From NCBI RefSeq assembly GCF_036321535.1, contig NC_087437.1, positions 71,178,001-71,242,000 on the forward strand: DNA of 64,000 bases, in the 5' to 3' direction. Of this stretch, positions 49,095 through 60,500 are shown one piece after another. Below the pieces are notes generated by a model, which was not told where the DNA came from, did no database searches, and saw only the letters and a list, made by a program, of their open reading frames with translations. This stretch comes from Camelus dromedarius. Lineage: Eukaryota. The translations under genes and the position numbers were made by a program. Positions within the stretch are counted from its first letter, which is position 1. Every line of letters starts with the position of its first letter.

Positions 49095-49850
49095 TCTAAA
49101 ATTTTATTTTATTGAGTTATAGTCAGTTTACAATGTTGTGTCAATTTCCAGTGTAGAGCACAATTTTTCAGTCATACATAATACATATATTCATTGTCAC
49201 ATTCTTTTTCACCGTGAGCTACCACAAGATCTTGTATATATTTCCCTGTGCTAAACAGTATAAATTTGTTTATCTATTCTATATGTATCTGTCAGTATCT
49301 ACAAATTTTGAACTCCCAGGCTGTCCCTTCCCACCCCCTACCCCCTGGCAACCACAGTTTGTATTCTATGTCTATGAGTCTGTTTCTATTTTATATTTAA
49401 GTTCATTTGTCTTCTTCTTCTTTTTGTTTTTTTTAGATTCCATATATAAGTGATATCATATGGTATTTTTCTTTCTCTTTTTGGCTTACTTCACTTAGAA
49501 TGACATTCTCCAGGGACATCCATGTTGCTGCAAATGGCATTATGTTATCATTTTTGTGGCTGAGTAGTATTCCATTGTATAAATATACTACCTCTTCTTT
49601 ATCTGGTCATCTGTTGATGGATATTTAGGCTGTTTCCATGTCTTGGCTATTGTAAATAGTGCTGCTGTGAACATTGGGGTACAAGTGTCATCCTGAAGTA
49701 GGGTTCCTTCTGGATATATGCCCAGGAGTGGGATTCCTGGGTCATACGGTTAAGTCTATTCCTAGTCTTCTGAGAAATCTCCATACTGTTTTCCACGGTG
49801 GCTGCACCAAACTGCATTCCCACCAGCAGTGTAGGAGGGGTCCCTCTTCT
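49095..49850 (-). mobile_element. Younger 5'-truncated L1 3' end
   Basis: TTTTAGATTCCATATATAAGTGATATCATATGGTATTT...CCCACCAGCAGTGTAGGAGGG; flanking CACAGTAT(G/T)T at 49084-49093 and 49851-49860 (probable TSD). Confidence 0.88.
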
Positions 49851-52800
49851 CACAGTATTTAGCAGGAGACTTTCTGAGAGAGACAGAGCAGGCTTTCATA
49901 CCAAAACACAAGTTCAGGTGCAGTACTATTTATGCTTTTTCCCCTCTCACTTCATTGCCAGGCCTCTTTATTTTATCAAAAACATCTGTTTTTGTATAGA
50001 AACTTCCTACTTCTATCCTATCCTATTTTCTCTTTGATCTTGTAGTGAAATCTCTTGGGAAGATTCAGCAATCCACTTGTCATTGCTAATTAGTAGAAAC
50101 AAAAAGGGATAACCATGAAATTCTTATACTATTTGGAAAGTGGCCTTCTTAATTCTCACCCTATTCTGGAATACATTTTATGTCTTCTTTAGGTAAGAAA
50201 ATCTATGATCTTTCCTGCTTGTGAAAGTTGAAGAAAACAAGGAAAGATGGGTTGACACTAACCTAAATCTGAATTCTGTGGGGGAAGATGTTGGTTTGCT
50301 TGTTTGGTTAGTTATCTCTGTTAGAGAATAAGATAATAATGACCGAAGGAGGCATTGCTGATGTTAAGCTTGTGGCATAGTGCCTTCCAAATGGCTGCCC
50401 AAACTCAGCTGAGGTGATGCGGAACTACATGGAAAAGCAGCCTGCTTTTTTTTTTTTTTCTTACAAGGTGATGAAAACTATAGTTAAGAACTTCATTCAT
50501 GTAGCATGATTCCTTCCCAAAGATCTTGCTTTTGTGTAATAGAGGTGGTCCTGATAAAAGTAAAACCATTTCTGAGCTGAAACATAGCAGCCACCCTTTC
50601 AGTAATGTTGTCCTATGTTTGGGGAAGGAAAGGAAGAGAAAGCCTCTTTGCAAATAAAACTACAGAATAAGAAAAATATTGGAATACTGGGCACACACAT
50701 GAGGAATACTGGAATTCATTTAACTCTCCCCTCTTAGTTTATTGCCAGGGACAGTGTGTGGTGTGCATTTTAGAAGGGGTTTGAAGCCTTATTATGTATT
50801 ATTTCATACAGCCACTCTATGGAAAATTTCCAAGTAACGTTTTGTTGTTGTTGGCAGGGAGGTTGTGTGTTTAGTTAGTTATTATACTCTTCCTTACCCT
50901 CGTGCTGCAAGTAACCCAGGTTTCCCCTCCTCACAGAAGGAACAGTGAGAGCTAGTTTACTAAAACATTGCAAAATTTGCAATTTGCTTTTCAAAATGCT
51001 GTTTTAATCTCAGGTTCTTTTTTTCCCCTTGTCTTTTGAAAAAGTACTGATTAAATTCTACTTTTAAAAAAGTTAAGAGCCTTTGGCATAAACTCGTTCT
51101 CTAAAATTATACAGAATAGAGTATCTTTTCCCCTAAACATGGGACATTTCTGGTGAATATTTATAAGGATCTTAAGAACCGTATGGGTGCGGAACAAACA
51201 ACATCACGTCATTGTCTTACTGTCAGACTCTCCTGGAGGTGACTCCAGCATTTGTCTAATATAGTCTGAGGTAAGCCGTACTTTTGGCATAGTGGGGGTG
51301 AAGGGCCTGGGAGTGGGGGAGAATGGGCAGGAGGTGGAGATTGGTAGAGGGGAAGAGGGTCTAAAAGGGGAAGAAAGAGGAAAGAGAATGTAATGGGAAC
51401 AGTAGGTCTGACTTCCCTAAAGGCATGAGGTCATGAAAACTGGTCCAGACTTTGTTGGGAAAGGAGCCCTGTCCTAGCGAAGAGTCAGGTTATAGGCTGC
51501 ATTGTGGGCATTCTTCTGTAAGACCCCAGAGCATTTTATTGATTGAGAATTTAATATGGTGGGACTAAGCAATTGCTTTTTGAAATTCTACTTCTGCAGT
51601 GAAACAGTATTAGATAATTACAGCAAGATTATTGATTGAAACTTCTTAGCAGAAATAGTAAGAATTTACAAAATGTCCTTTTGTTAGCAATACATATTGA
51701 TGCATTTATGGGTGAGACGATACAATGTCTGATGTCTAGAGTGTATTTTTAAATACTCCAGCTAGTGGAAGAGAAATGAAACAAGATTAGCACAATACTG
51801 ATCATTTTTGGAGCTGAAGAAGGGGTTTATTCTTCTATTCTACTTTTCGGTATGTTTGTTAAATTTCTGTAATAAGGTGGGGGTTTTTAAGTTTAAAAAA
51901 TGAAGGGAAAAAAGTTAAATACAGAAGTAAAACGATCATCACAGCTTCAAGTATATAACACAAGTAGCTTTTTGTCTGTAGCCAGTGTTGGCATTTCACA
52001 CAGCAGTGGTTGTCAAAGTCTAAGCCTCTGGGCTTTTCCACAGGACCCAACAGAAAGTCCAGGTCTTAGCTCTGTGTACTGAAAACTGGATGTATTTTCC
52101 CTAAAGTATGTATGTAGTTGTAGAAGTATGTGGGTGGGGGCAAGGGGCGCAGTGATTTCCTCTCCTTTCTTCGAGCAGCTTTTCAGTGCTGCTCCTTCCC
52201 CAGGACATTCATTCTGTCATGATAAAGATCCTCCTTTTAAAGATCCCAAGCACTTCTTAGCATCCGTGGCGTCTTCTGCCTAGCTGTAGTGGTCCCCAAA
52301 AAGGAAAAAGGACGTGAAGGATTGCTTTCCTGTGTAGTATTAGGGCGTCTGCTCCTTGTGGCCCAGGAGCAGCAAAGGAGTCTGTTGGGGCCCTGGGGGA
52401 GTGTAGCTTTATTTCTAGCATTCCGTCTTTGGCCAGCTCCCCTAGACCACTAGTTGCACCGTGGCTAGTTCCATTTGGCAAAAATAAATTGTAAAGTTGT
52501 TGACATTTTTGTCCTCTTTACAATTCGTTGTTTATTTTTCCATGACTGAGAATTTTGATGCAATTATCACCGAGCTTTCTGACAAAAGGGAAATAGCTGA
52601 GGAATTTTGATGAGTTACCCACTTCATTAATCAGAACAAGCATCTCTAGTGACAGGATTAGAATTACAATGAAGATTAGATAGCAAATTGCTGTTCTACC
52701 TAACGTCAATCATTCCCAGTGACAGCAATGTGATTACACTTCAGGGAAGAGCTTTTCTTGCCAACAGAAGGAGGGCAGCTCCAGTGCAGGTAATAAATTT

Positions 52801-55800
52801 AGCAGGGTGAGCTGTCATTTCTTCTCTTGAGTGGAATCCTTAACGACCAAATAATGTCTTGTGGAAGATTTTGAGAGGAGAAAAGCATTTCACTTAAAAA
52901 CTTTCTGAATTTCACTTTGTAGTATTTTATTTTAAAAATTACTGTAGATATATGCTTAGGAGCAGTTCTTCCCACAATGATTTTCAGTATTTTACTTACC
53001 TGAAACAAGCGTTAATTATCACCACAACTATAATAAAGAGATGGTCAAAGTTAGTGAAAGAATGCATGACCACATTTGAGAATCTATCAGAAATAAAAGG
53101 ATGGTGCAGAAATAAATGAACTAGGTAAGAAACGGAGGGAGGTCAGACTAGTTGCCTGTCTAGTGAAGACGTTGAGTTCCCCGGCTTAAACAGAACGTAT
53201 TCCTCTTCCAGCCCAATTGTGGTTTTTAAATAATAGTTGTTGTTTCAAAGAGCAAAAGGCAAGAGTGCTGCTGTAGTTCCAGAGTGTGGAGCTGAAGAGA
53301 AGCTGGCCTGAGCCCGCCGGGACTCTGCTTGGGGGAGGGTAATAGAGAGCGGGAACAGACGGACTGTGGAAGTATGTCTGTGTCTTGTCCCTTCTCATTA
53401 AGAGCAGAGTGCTAGCTTCTCCTCCCAGAGGAGACAGGACAGAGTATTTCCTTTCCCAAATATTTTCCTCCAAACACATTTATGGGACTCCTGTTTGAAT
53501 AATGTTTGCTGTGAATGAAGAATAACCAAGTGGCTTTTCCTGATTCATACTTTTATTTTTGTTGGGTTAAGTTTCAATGGGATTGCTCTTTTGAGTAGAC
53601 AAGGAAAAAAACCAATGGCAAGTCGATTTCAGGACAGCAGTTGCTGTACTAATATGTCACTTTGCTCTTAACCTCTGTGCAGTGAAACTGAATTATAGAC
53701 CGTCAGAACTGATCATTTTGCCCTCAAAGGTTGAACTTAAGTATTTTTAAAGAAATATATTGACTATAGCATTTTATAAGCTCATATTTTCTCCTTCTTA
53801 ATTCAAATATTTTCCAGCAATGCTTTTCTACTCTAGGAAGTTATGTATGAAATTCTTTCTCTTTCAGGATAAAAGAAGCAAATAATTTGCTCTTTCTCTT
53901 TAGAAGAGACTTTGTCCTAGTAGATAAGGGTCATCAGGATGCCAGAATGCTTCAGTTTTAGCATTAGGTGTACTACTAATTCTTTACTTTGTGAATTTAA
54001 TCCTTAACCCTTCTCTATTTGAAGTTTAACTTGGTAAGGTAAATCATAATTATATCTGCAGTCTCTCTGTTTTGTAATGATGGTCTATGAATTAATAAAA
54101 CAATATACGTGATGTGCTTTGAACTTTACAGAGAAAAAGAACGTAGAAATCCAAGAAAGACACCATTAGTAGTGCTATTATTGTCAAGGTGGATTATGTT
54201 TGTACTGTTACATCATTAGAAATATTCCAGGAGTTAACATTAGAGATTACTAGCTATTCCTAGACTATTTCATCAAGCTATTTAAGAGAAACCTCTTAAA
54301 TGAATCTGGTAAATAGATACAGGATATTTTCTTTTGACTGTGGTACACAAGTAAACACTATTTTTTTTCATGCTGTATTTTGTGGGATAGATAAGCAGAT
54401 AATAATGCAGAAGGCATACCCCCTCAGCCAGGCAGCTGTGTGTCTTTTCCTTGTTATGACTGAAGGCATACCTTATATTCAGCAAATCTCTCTTCATCCA
54501 TTCCTCTCTTCCCCCTTTTGCCCTCCTTTTCTTCCTTTCTCCCTCCTTTCCCTTCGTGGGATCTAAGGTGAAGGCCTAGAAAATGTGCCCTCATTTGACA
54601 CAATGAAAGGGAAATGAGGGCTTTTTAAAGACTACCATGGTTTCTCCTAATGGAAAATTATAAAAAATAAGATTTTGTAGTTTGTCTAAATGCGAGTATA
54701 ATTGGATTCTCATGTAGAGAAGATTTCAGGCCAAATGGGCTATTTCTAAGAATTCTAACATATGCTTCCGTATGTCATTGGTCTTTTAATTTGTATATTC
54801 TCTCTCCTTATAACCTCTCAAAAGTAGAAATGATCTCTTAAGCAACTTTATTCAGAATTCTGAAATTCAGACACAGTGGTGGGTGCTTACTAATGCTGAA
54901 ATTGTGAAAGATAAGTATTTTTAAAGAGAAAGAAACAGTAAATTGGGCTGACCTTGGTATGGCTACCAAGTTCTTGAAGCTGGTCAGCAAGCATCTCCTG
55001 TATCTCCCGCGGAGTCACCTCCTTTGAGGTTACTTTCCGTTTTAGTGCTCCCCACCCTTGGTACCACTCTCAGATCTACCATGCCCATTTATGGGACCCA
55101 GTCCCTCCTTCTGGAGGCTCACAGTCTTGTGGAAACTAGTAAACAGGTGATTATAATACAGTATGATGAGTGTTTTGACCAAAAGTGTAGATTGCTCTGG
55201 GAACACAGTGGAATGGCATCAACATTTGGGGAGAGTGATTGGTAAAAGGAGGGCTTCCTGAGACAGGTGCCTCCTGAAGTAGGCAGAGAGAGGGCAGAGA
55301 AGGACAGAGAAATTAGTATGACCACAGACAGAAGTATGAAACAGTTTGGCTGGTGAAAGGCCAAGAGCTGAAAGTAATTGGATGTAGTAGTAACATAAAG
55401 TTTGCTGTGAAGATAGAAGATCTAGTCAAGGCCTAGAGCTCAAGAGATTTTCTTAGACCAGGACCGTAAGTACTTCTCTGGGGACATCCTTAAGGTCAGT
55501 AGACCTTGTCTGATATGTTGCCAGATGCACATAGTGCAAGATCACAAGCAGCCTGAGTATCTGGTTTCTCTGGGACTATTCACAAAAGCCCTGACATGGT
55601 CATTGGTGGCCCAGCTGAAGCTGTTTCTAGCTGTCTTGTTCCCAGGGACCAGAAACCCCATTCCATCCTATGGGATCGCCCGTGTTCCTTTGTGCAGGAC
55701 ATCAGTGGTGTTAATTACAGGAATGAATTAAATCGTTGGTATTTTAAACTCCAGGACAACCTGGTAGGAGAGTTCTGTTGGAAGCAGGCCTTTCAAGCCT

Positions 55801-56101
55801 CTCACACAAGCCTCTTCACTTAGATCTTAGATGTGATGATTACTCCAGCTTCCCATAGGACTGGTGCCTTACAATGAGAATTAAGTATTTTAGTTTAAGT
55901 CATGAGGTGCCTTAGTTGCATAACTTGAATATTTCTTGTCATTATTAACATAAAAGAATTATGCTTTGTTCCCCTTCCATCAAGACAACAGTTCCTACAT
56001 TTGTTAGAAAAAGTGTGAAGGAAAAATCTGAGGAGAGGGTTCTCATTAGTAGATATTAGAAACACTAATCAGTAGTGATTTTCCAAATGTTTCCATTGCA
56101 G

Positions 56102-56292
56102 TGTCAAAAACGGTATTTCTCTGCCTGGCACAAGCTGATTCTTGATCATAGAATTAAGCTGGGGAAAGCTGGGACCCTGTCTGACTGGAAGTTTCAACTG
56201 AAGGTCCTGCGGGCCTGGAGAGACTACACAAGGTCCCAGAAGTTAGGGCGGGAGACTCAAGCCATGGAAAATGACCTTAGGGAAGAAAACAG
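56102..56292 (+). CDS. CCDC191: CCDC191 exon 8: CQKRYFSAWHKLILDHRIKLGKAGTLSDWK...NDLREEN (gene continues beyond window)
   Basis: Acceptor cattgcAG, donor AG|GTACTA; 191 nt, phase 0 to 2; no further exon recognised before 64000. Confidence 0.95.
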
Positions 56293-56394
56293 GTACTATT
56301 ATTTATACCATGAAAATCCTTCTAGTATGTTTGTCTAGGATGTCTTTCGTCCTGAAGAATACAGAAATACATTCTAAAAATACTGTTTACTGGA

Positions 56395-56560
56395 GATGAG
56401 GGTATAGCTCAGTGGTAGAGTGCATGCTTAGCATGCAGAGGTCCTGGGTTCAATCCCCAGTACCTCCATGAAAATCAATAAGTAAATAAATAAACCTAAT
56501 TACCTCCCCCCAAAACAAAAACAAAAAAATTAATAAATAAAATATTTTTTAACAGTAAAT
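56395..56560 (+). mobile_element. tRNA-derived SINE, Vic-1-type
   Basis: GAGGGTATAGCTCAGTGGTAGAG...GGGTTCAATCCCCAGTACCTCC; TSD TAAAAATACTGTT..CTGGA at 56375-56394 and 56561-56580. Confidence 0.9.
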
Positions 56561-57466
56561 TAAAAATACTGTTCCCTGGAATCATCTCATCCACTTATGA
56601 AATATGATCATCACTGTTTTTCTCTCTTACTCCCAAACTAGAAAAATTTAACTGAAAATTGTAAGCAAAAATTATTTGATTAAAATATACCAATGTGCAT
56701 ACTTGTTTCCTTTTTTCCTTGTCCTTTGATGTAGTAGCATTGCACCCTGGACCATCTTACATTTTAGAAGACAGAATTTGGTTTATATTCCAGTAATTCT
56801 CATTGATAAAAATCACTGTCTGCACATAGAGAGTTAATTGGGACACAAGGAACATCCATCTGGGAAGGCAGACCTGTAAGAATGACTTCTCCCATTCCCC
56901 CATTTTTTGTTCCACACCTTATTTAGAGGTTTTTGACACCTTTGTATCAGCTTTCTCTAATGCTTGTGAATTACACAGAATTTGTCTTCAAATATCTTCA
57001 AATTAAATACATTTGCTTTTCATTCCCAAGTTCAACTTTGCATTCTTGAACCAAAATCATTGAAGGTGGAAGGAACCATTTGTTTAGTGGTGGGAAGAGG
57101 GTGGAGAGTGGTTCGTATTCTTCTGTTTAATCACTTCTCTGCCAGCACGTCTGTTATTCATCCTGGGTGAAAAATTGAATGAGTAGTATGTGAAAGCATT
57201 GCTATGTAGGAGGGAATGGTGCCCCCTGGAGTTGTGCATCCCTGTGACAGCCCTGGGGAGGATACATAGGAGCCTGACACATGGTCCCTTGTCCTCAAAG
57301 AACTTAAGTTTTGTGGGGAAAACAAGATCTAGAAACAGTACAGGTATGGATTAGCATTACAAACTTCACAATGCATCTCTGCTGCTGCTGAGAACTTTGT
57401 AGAGGGAAGTAACTGAGGAGGCTCCTACAGAGTGCCAGGAAAGGCTTTATCAAGAAGATGGGTCTT

Positions 57467-57615
57467 GGGGGAGGGTATAGCTCAAGTGGTAGAGTGCATG
57501 CTAAGCATGCATGAGGTCCTGAGTTCAATCACCAGTACCCCCTCTAAAAAAATAAATAAACCTAATTATCTGCCCTCCCCGCCAACAAAAAAAAAAAAAT
57601 TAAAAAAAAAAAAAA
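57467..57615 (+). mobile_element. tRNA-derived SINE, Vic-1-type
   Basis: GGGGGAGGGTATAGCTCAAGTGGTAGAG...GAGTTCAATC; long A tail; TSD AAGAAGATGGGTCTTG (right copy has an extra GAT). Confidence 0.9.
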
Positions 57616-58344
57616 GAAGATGATGGGTCTTGAGCCAGGCTCTGCACAGTAAGTAGGATGTTCTAGGTAGAAATGGGGAAACGAGGTGATGGTACGAAGT
57701 GTGGCTGGAAAGCATCAAGCATATAGTTGTTAAGTTCATCAACTTGTGAAGGGCCTTGGATGCTGGAATAGGGAGTTGAAGCATTTTTTGGTAAATAAAG
57801 GTGAATTTCTAAAGATTTTTAAGCAGGAGGGTGACCTAGATAATTTTTCCTTTCTTCAAGTATGCTGGAGGAAATCTTCAGTGGGGAAAAAAAAGCTCTT
57901 TCAAAATTTGTTTCTAAATTCTCAGGGCCTAGTGATTGATCTAAGGACTTGGGGTGATAGCTTGCTGAACGCTGGATTTGTTGAATAAAGAAGAGAAATT
58001 GGAGGTGTTGGAAAGGAGAAGCATCATGAGTGAGGGCATGAAGGGAGTGGAAACTGACATGTTAAAAGTGGTCTGGGAAATTTACATGCTGGAAGAAAAA
58101 TCTGAAGAATGTGAGATTCCATTCCAACTAAACTATTTAAATATAAAAGCACTAAGTGGGGATTTCATAATAGCATTATGTGCCAATTTTTTTTAAAGAT
58201 CCTCTGAGAACTTCTTGTCTCATATCTGTGAATTATTTTCACGTGTCTATTTTTAAATGCTCAGAATGGGTACTACATTTTTTTAACTGTCAGAGTTAGA
58301 AAATATTTAACTTATAATATTTTTTTTTTACTATAAAACTTTAT

Positions 58345-58530
58345 AGCAGAAAATTCTTAAAGCAGGAAAGCACCTCAAGGAGCATCTGATCCAGCTCCTC
58401 ACTTTACAGATGATAAAAGTAAGGCACAGAAAAGGTAAACAGCTCTCTCAGGGTCATGCAGTAGCCAGTCCAGGACTAGAGCCTGGTGCTTTTGATTCTG
58501 AGTCAGGTGCTTTTTCCTACTCCATGCTGC
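58345..58530 (-). mobile_element. MIR SINE fragment
   Basis: CTCACTTTACAGATGATAAAAGTAAGGCACAGAAAAGGTAAA...AGGGTCATGCAG...GGACTAGAGCC. Confidence 0.65.
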
Positions 58531-59519
58531 TGCTAGTTAAATGGCATCTAGGTGATGGATCCCTAAGACAACCATGGTTTTCAGTTACATTGCAGCTGAC
58601 TTCAGATGGTTACAGATGTAAAATGAGAATAGTAATTAACAAATGACAAGTCATGCTAGAAATATATGAGAAGAAAGGAGGTATTAGATACAAACTGTCC
58701 TTGATGCTGCTTTCCTACAAATCCCTGACTCTCTGCATGTTGTTTTTTGTTCTAGAGCAAACAGTTTTAGGAAATTGTTGGGTGATTTTGTTCAAAGAAG
58801 GTTAGGGTAGTAGAGGTGGAGAAAAAAGCTCAAACGTAGCTACTATAAGCAGAAAGACAAGAAATGTCAGTGGGACTGAGGGTGTCAGGAGAGTTGGGAC
58901 TCTCTTCACCAAGCGCATAGGAGTTTCTCCCAGTTCCTCTGTGGACGCTGAATACATATTTGTTAAATAAGGGGTGAGTCAGTGGATGAATGAAGAGCTC
59001 AGTTACTTCCTCCCCTGCAGTTTAACTCAACGTTTTCAAGCATTTTTTTTTTCTAAATAGTGAGCTCAAGAGATACAGAGTATTTATTATAATGGGTTAC
59101 TCATTGTAGAAACTAAACTCTTACCAGATTGACAAAACATAGGTGGTTCTTTGGCCCATCCACCTGGACATGGAAGACATTTGCTATGTCTGTTTCTCAG
59201 ATGTCAGCTGTGTCCTTACCCTCCAGCTCTTGCATCCACATTTGCTTTTGCCACCTGGGCTTTCCTCTTACTGGCCTGTCCCCCATGCAAGGCCCAGCCT
59301 TTTTGGGATTCTTTCTTTTCCTTCTTTCCTTTTTGTTCTTCCCAGTATCTCTTTGGATCAAAAGAGATCCCTCTTTTCTTCTTAGTCATAACTTAGCCAC
59401 CATCTTTTCTTACTGAGCCTGTGCTCAGAGCCTCACCTCCACCCCAAGGGCTCATCCATCTCTTTATTCTGAAAAATGCACCTTGCTTTCCCTAATAGGA
59501 ATTTTTGTCTTTTATTTTT

Positions 59520-59662
59520 CTTTCTTTCTTTTTAATTTTTTTGGGAGGAGGTCATTAGGTTTGTTTGTTTGTTTATAATTTTTTAATGGAGGTACTGGGG
59601 ATTGAACTCAGGACCTCGTGCATGCTAAGCACACTCTCTACCACTGAGCTATACCCTCCCTC
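59520..59662 (-). mobile_element. tRNA-derived SINE, Vic-1-type
   Basis: GGAGGTCATTAGGTTT...GGAGGTACTGGGGATTGAACTCAGGACCTCGTGCATGCTAAGC...CCACTGAGCTATACCCTCCC. Confidence 0.9.
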
Positions 59663-60324
59663 CTTCTTGTCTCTTTTCTTTTTAAAGTAGTTTTGGTAAT
59701 AGTGTTATAAAAGTTCAGTACAATATTGTAATACAATTGCAATGTTGACAGATATTCCCAGACTCTTAAACTAAGGATCCACTCACTAAGGTAATACAAC
59801 CAAATTCTGGTACACATGCTAAGTCAGACCTTTGGACATGGTGGTATTGGAATTTGAACTGTATTTTTAATTTCTTTAGCATATTCACTTTTGCAAGTTG
59901 GCTCCAGGTCTTCCATTCCTCCTCTCTCAGTTTACAGCCAGCCCTAGACAAACTGGGAAGAAGCAGGGTTTGTTTTCAGCATCCTCCGCCTGCCCTTCCT
60001 GAGCCTACTTCCCTGATTTCTCAGTTCTTTTCCTGGGAAGCATCTCTGTCCTTCCCTTATTAACCTCTGCACTGTCCTCAGTCCTGCCCTCTCTTGAACC
60101 AGTGTTTTGAGTCTTCCCTGGAACATGCTTTTAGCTCTTCCCTGTGTCCGTGTGGCCCCTTACACTCTGTCTCTATAATACTCAATTGATGTTAACCCTC
60201 CCAAGAAAGTTATACTTTAATAGGCATTTTCTGGAAGCAGTGCCCAAGATGCAGGTGATGGGAATTTGAAGGTACTGTGGCAGGCCAGGGGAAAAACCAG
60301 CCCTTTGACATCCCTCAAACTGTG

Positions 60325-60500
60325 GCATTCATTCATCCACTCATTCATTTGTTCTGTTTGACAGCATATATTCATTCAGTCAGTCAGCTTTACTGATGCT
60401 TACGATGTACTAGACTCTTTCTTAAGTACCCGCAGGGGGACTAAAAAAGTTATTAAACATTCCTGCCTTCTAGGAGTTTTTAATCTAACTGGAGAAGTCA
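60325..60500 (-). mobile_element. L2 LINE 3' tail
   Basis: CATTCATTCATCCACTCATTCATT...TTTACTGATGCTTACGATGTACTAGAC...CCTGCCTTCTAGGAGTTTT. Confidence 0.55.

Noticed and set aside
56395..56470. tRNA gene-like sequence (also 35941, 43250, 57467, 59590)
   Set aside because: Each has a shared non-tRNA tail, an A-rich end and (where legible) a TSD, so these are SINEs rather than tRNA genes.
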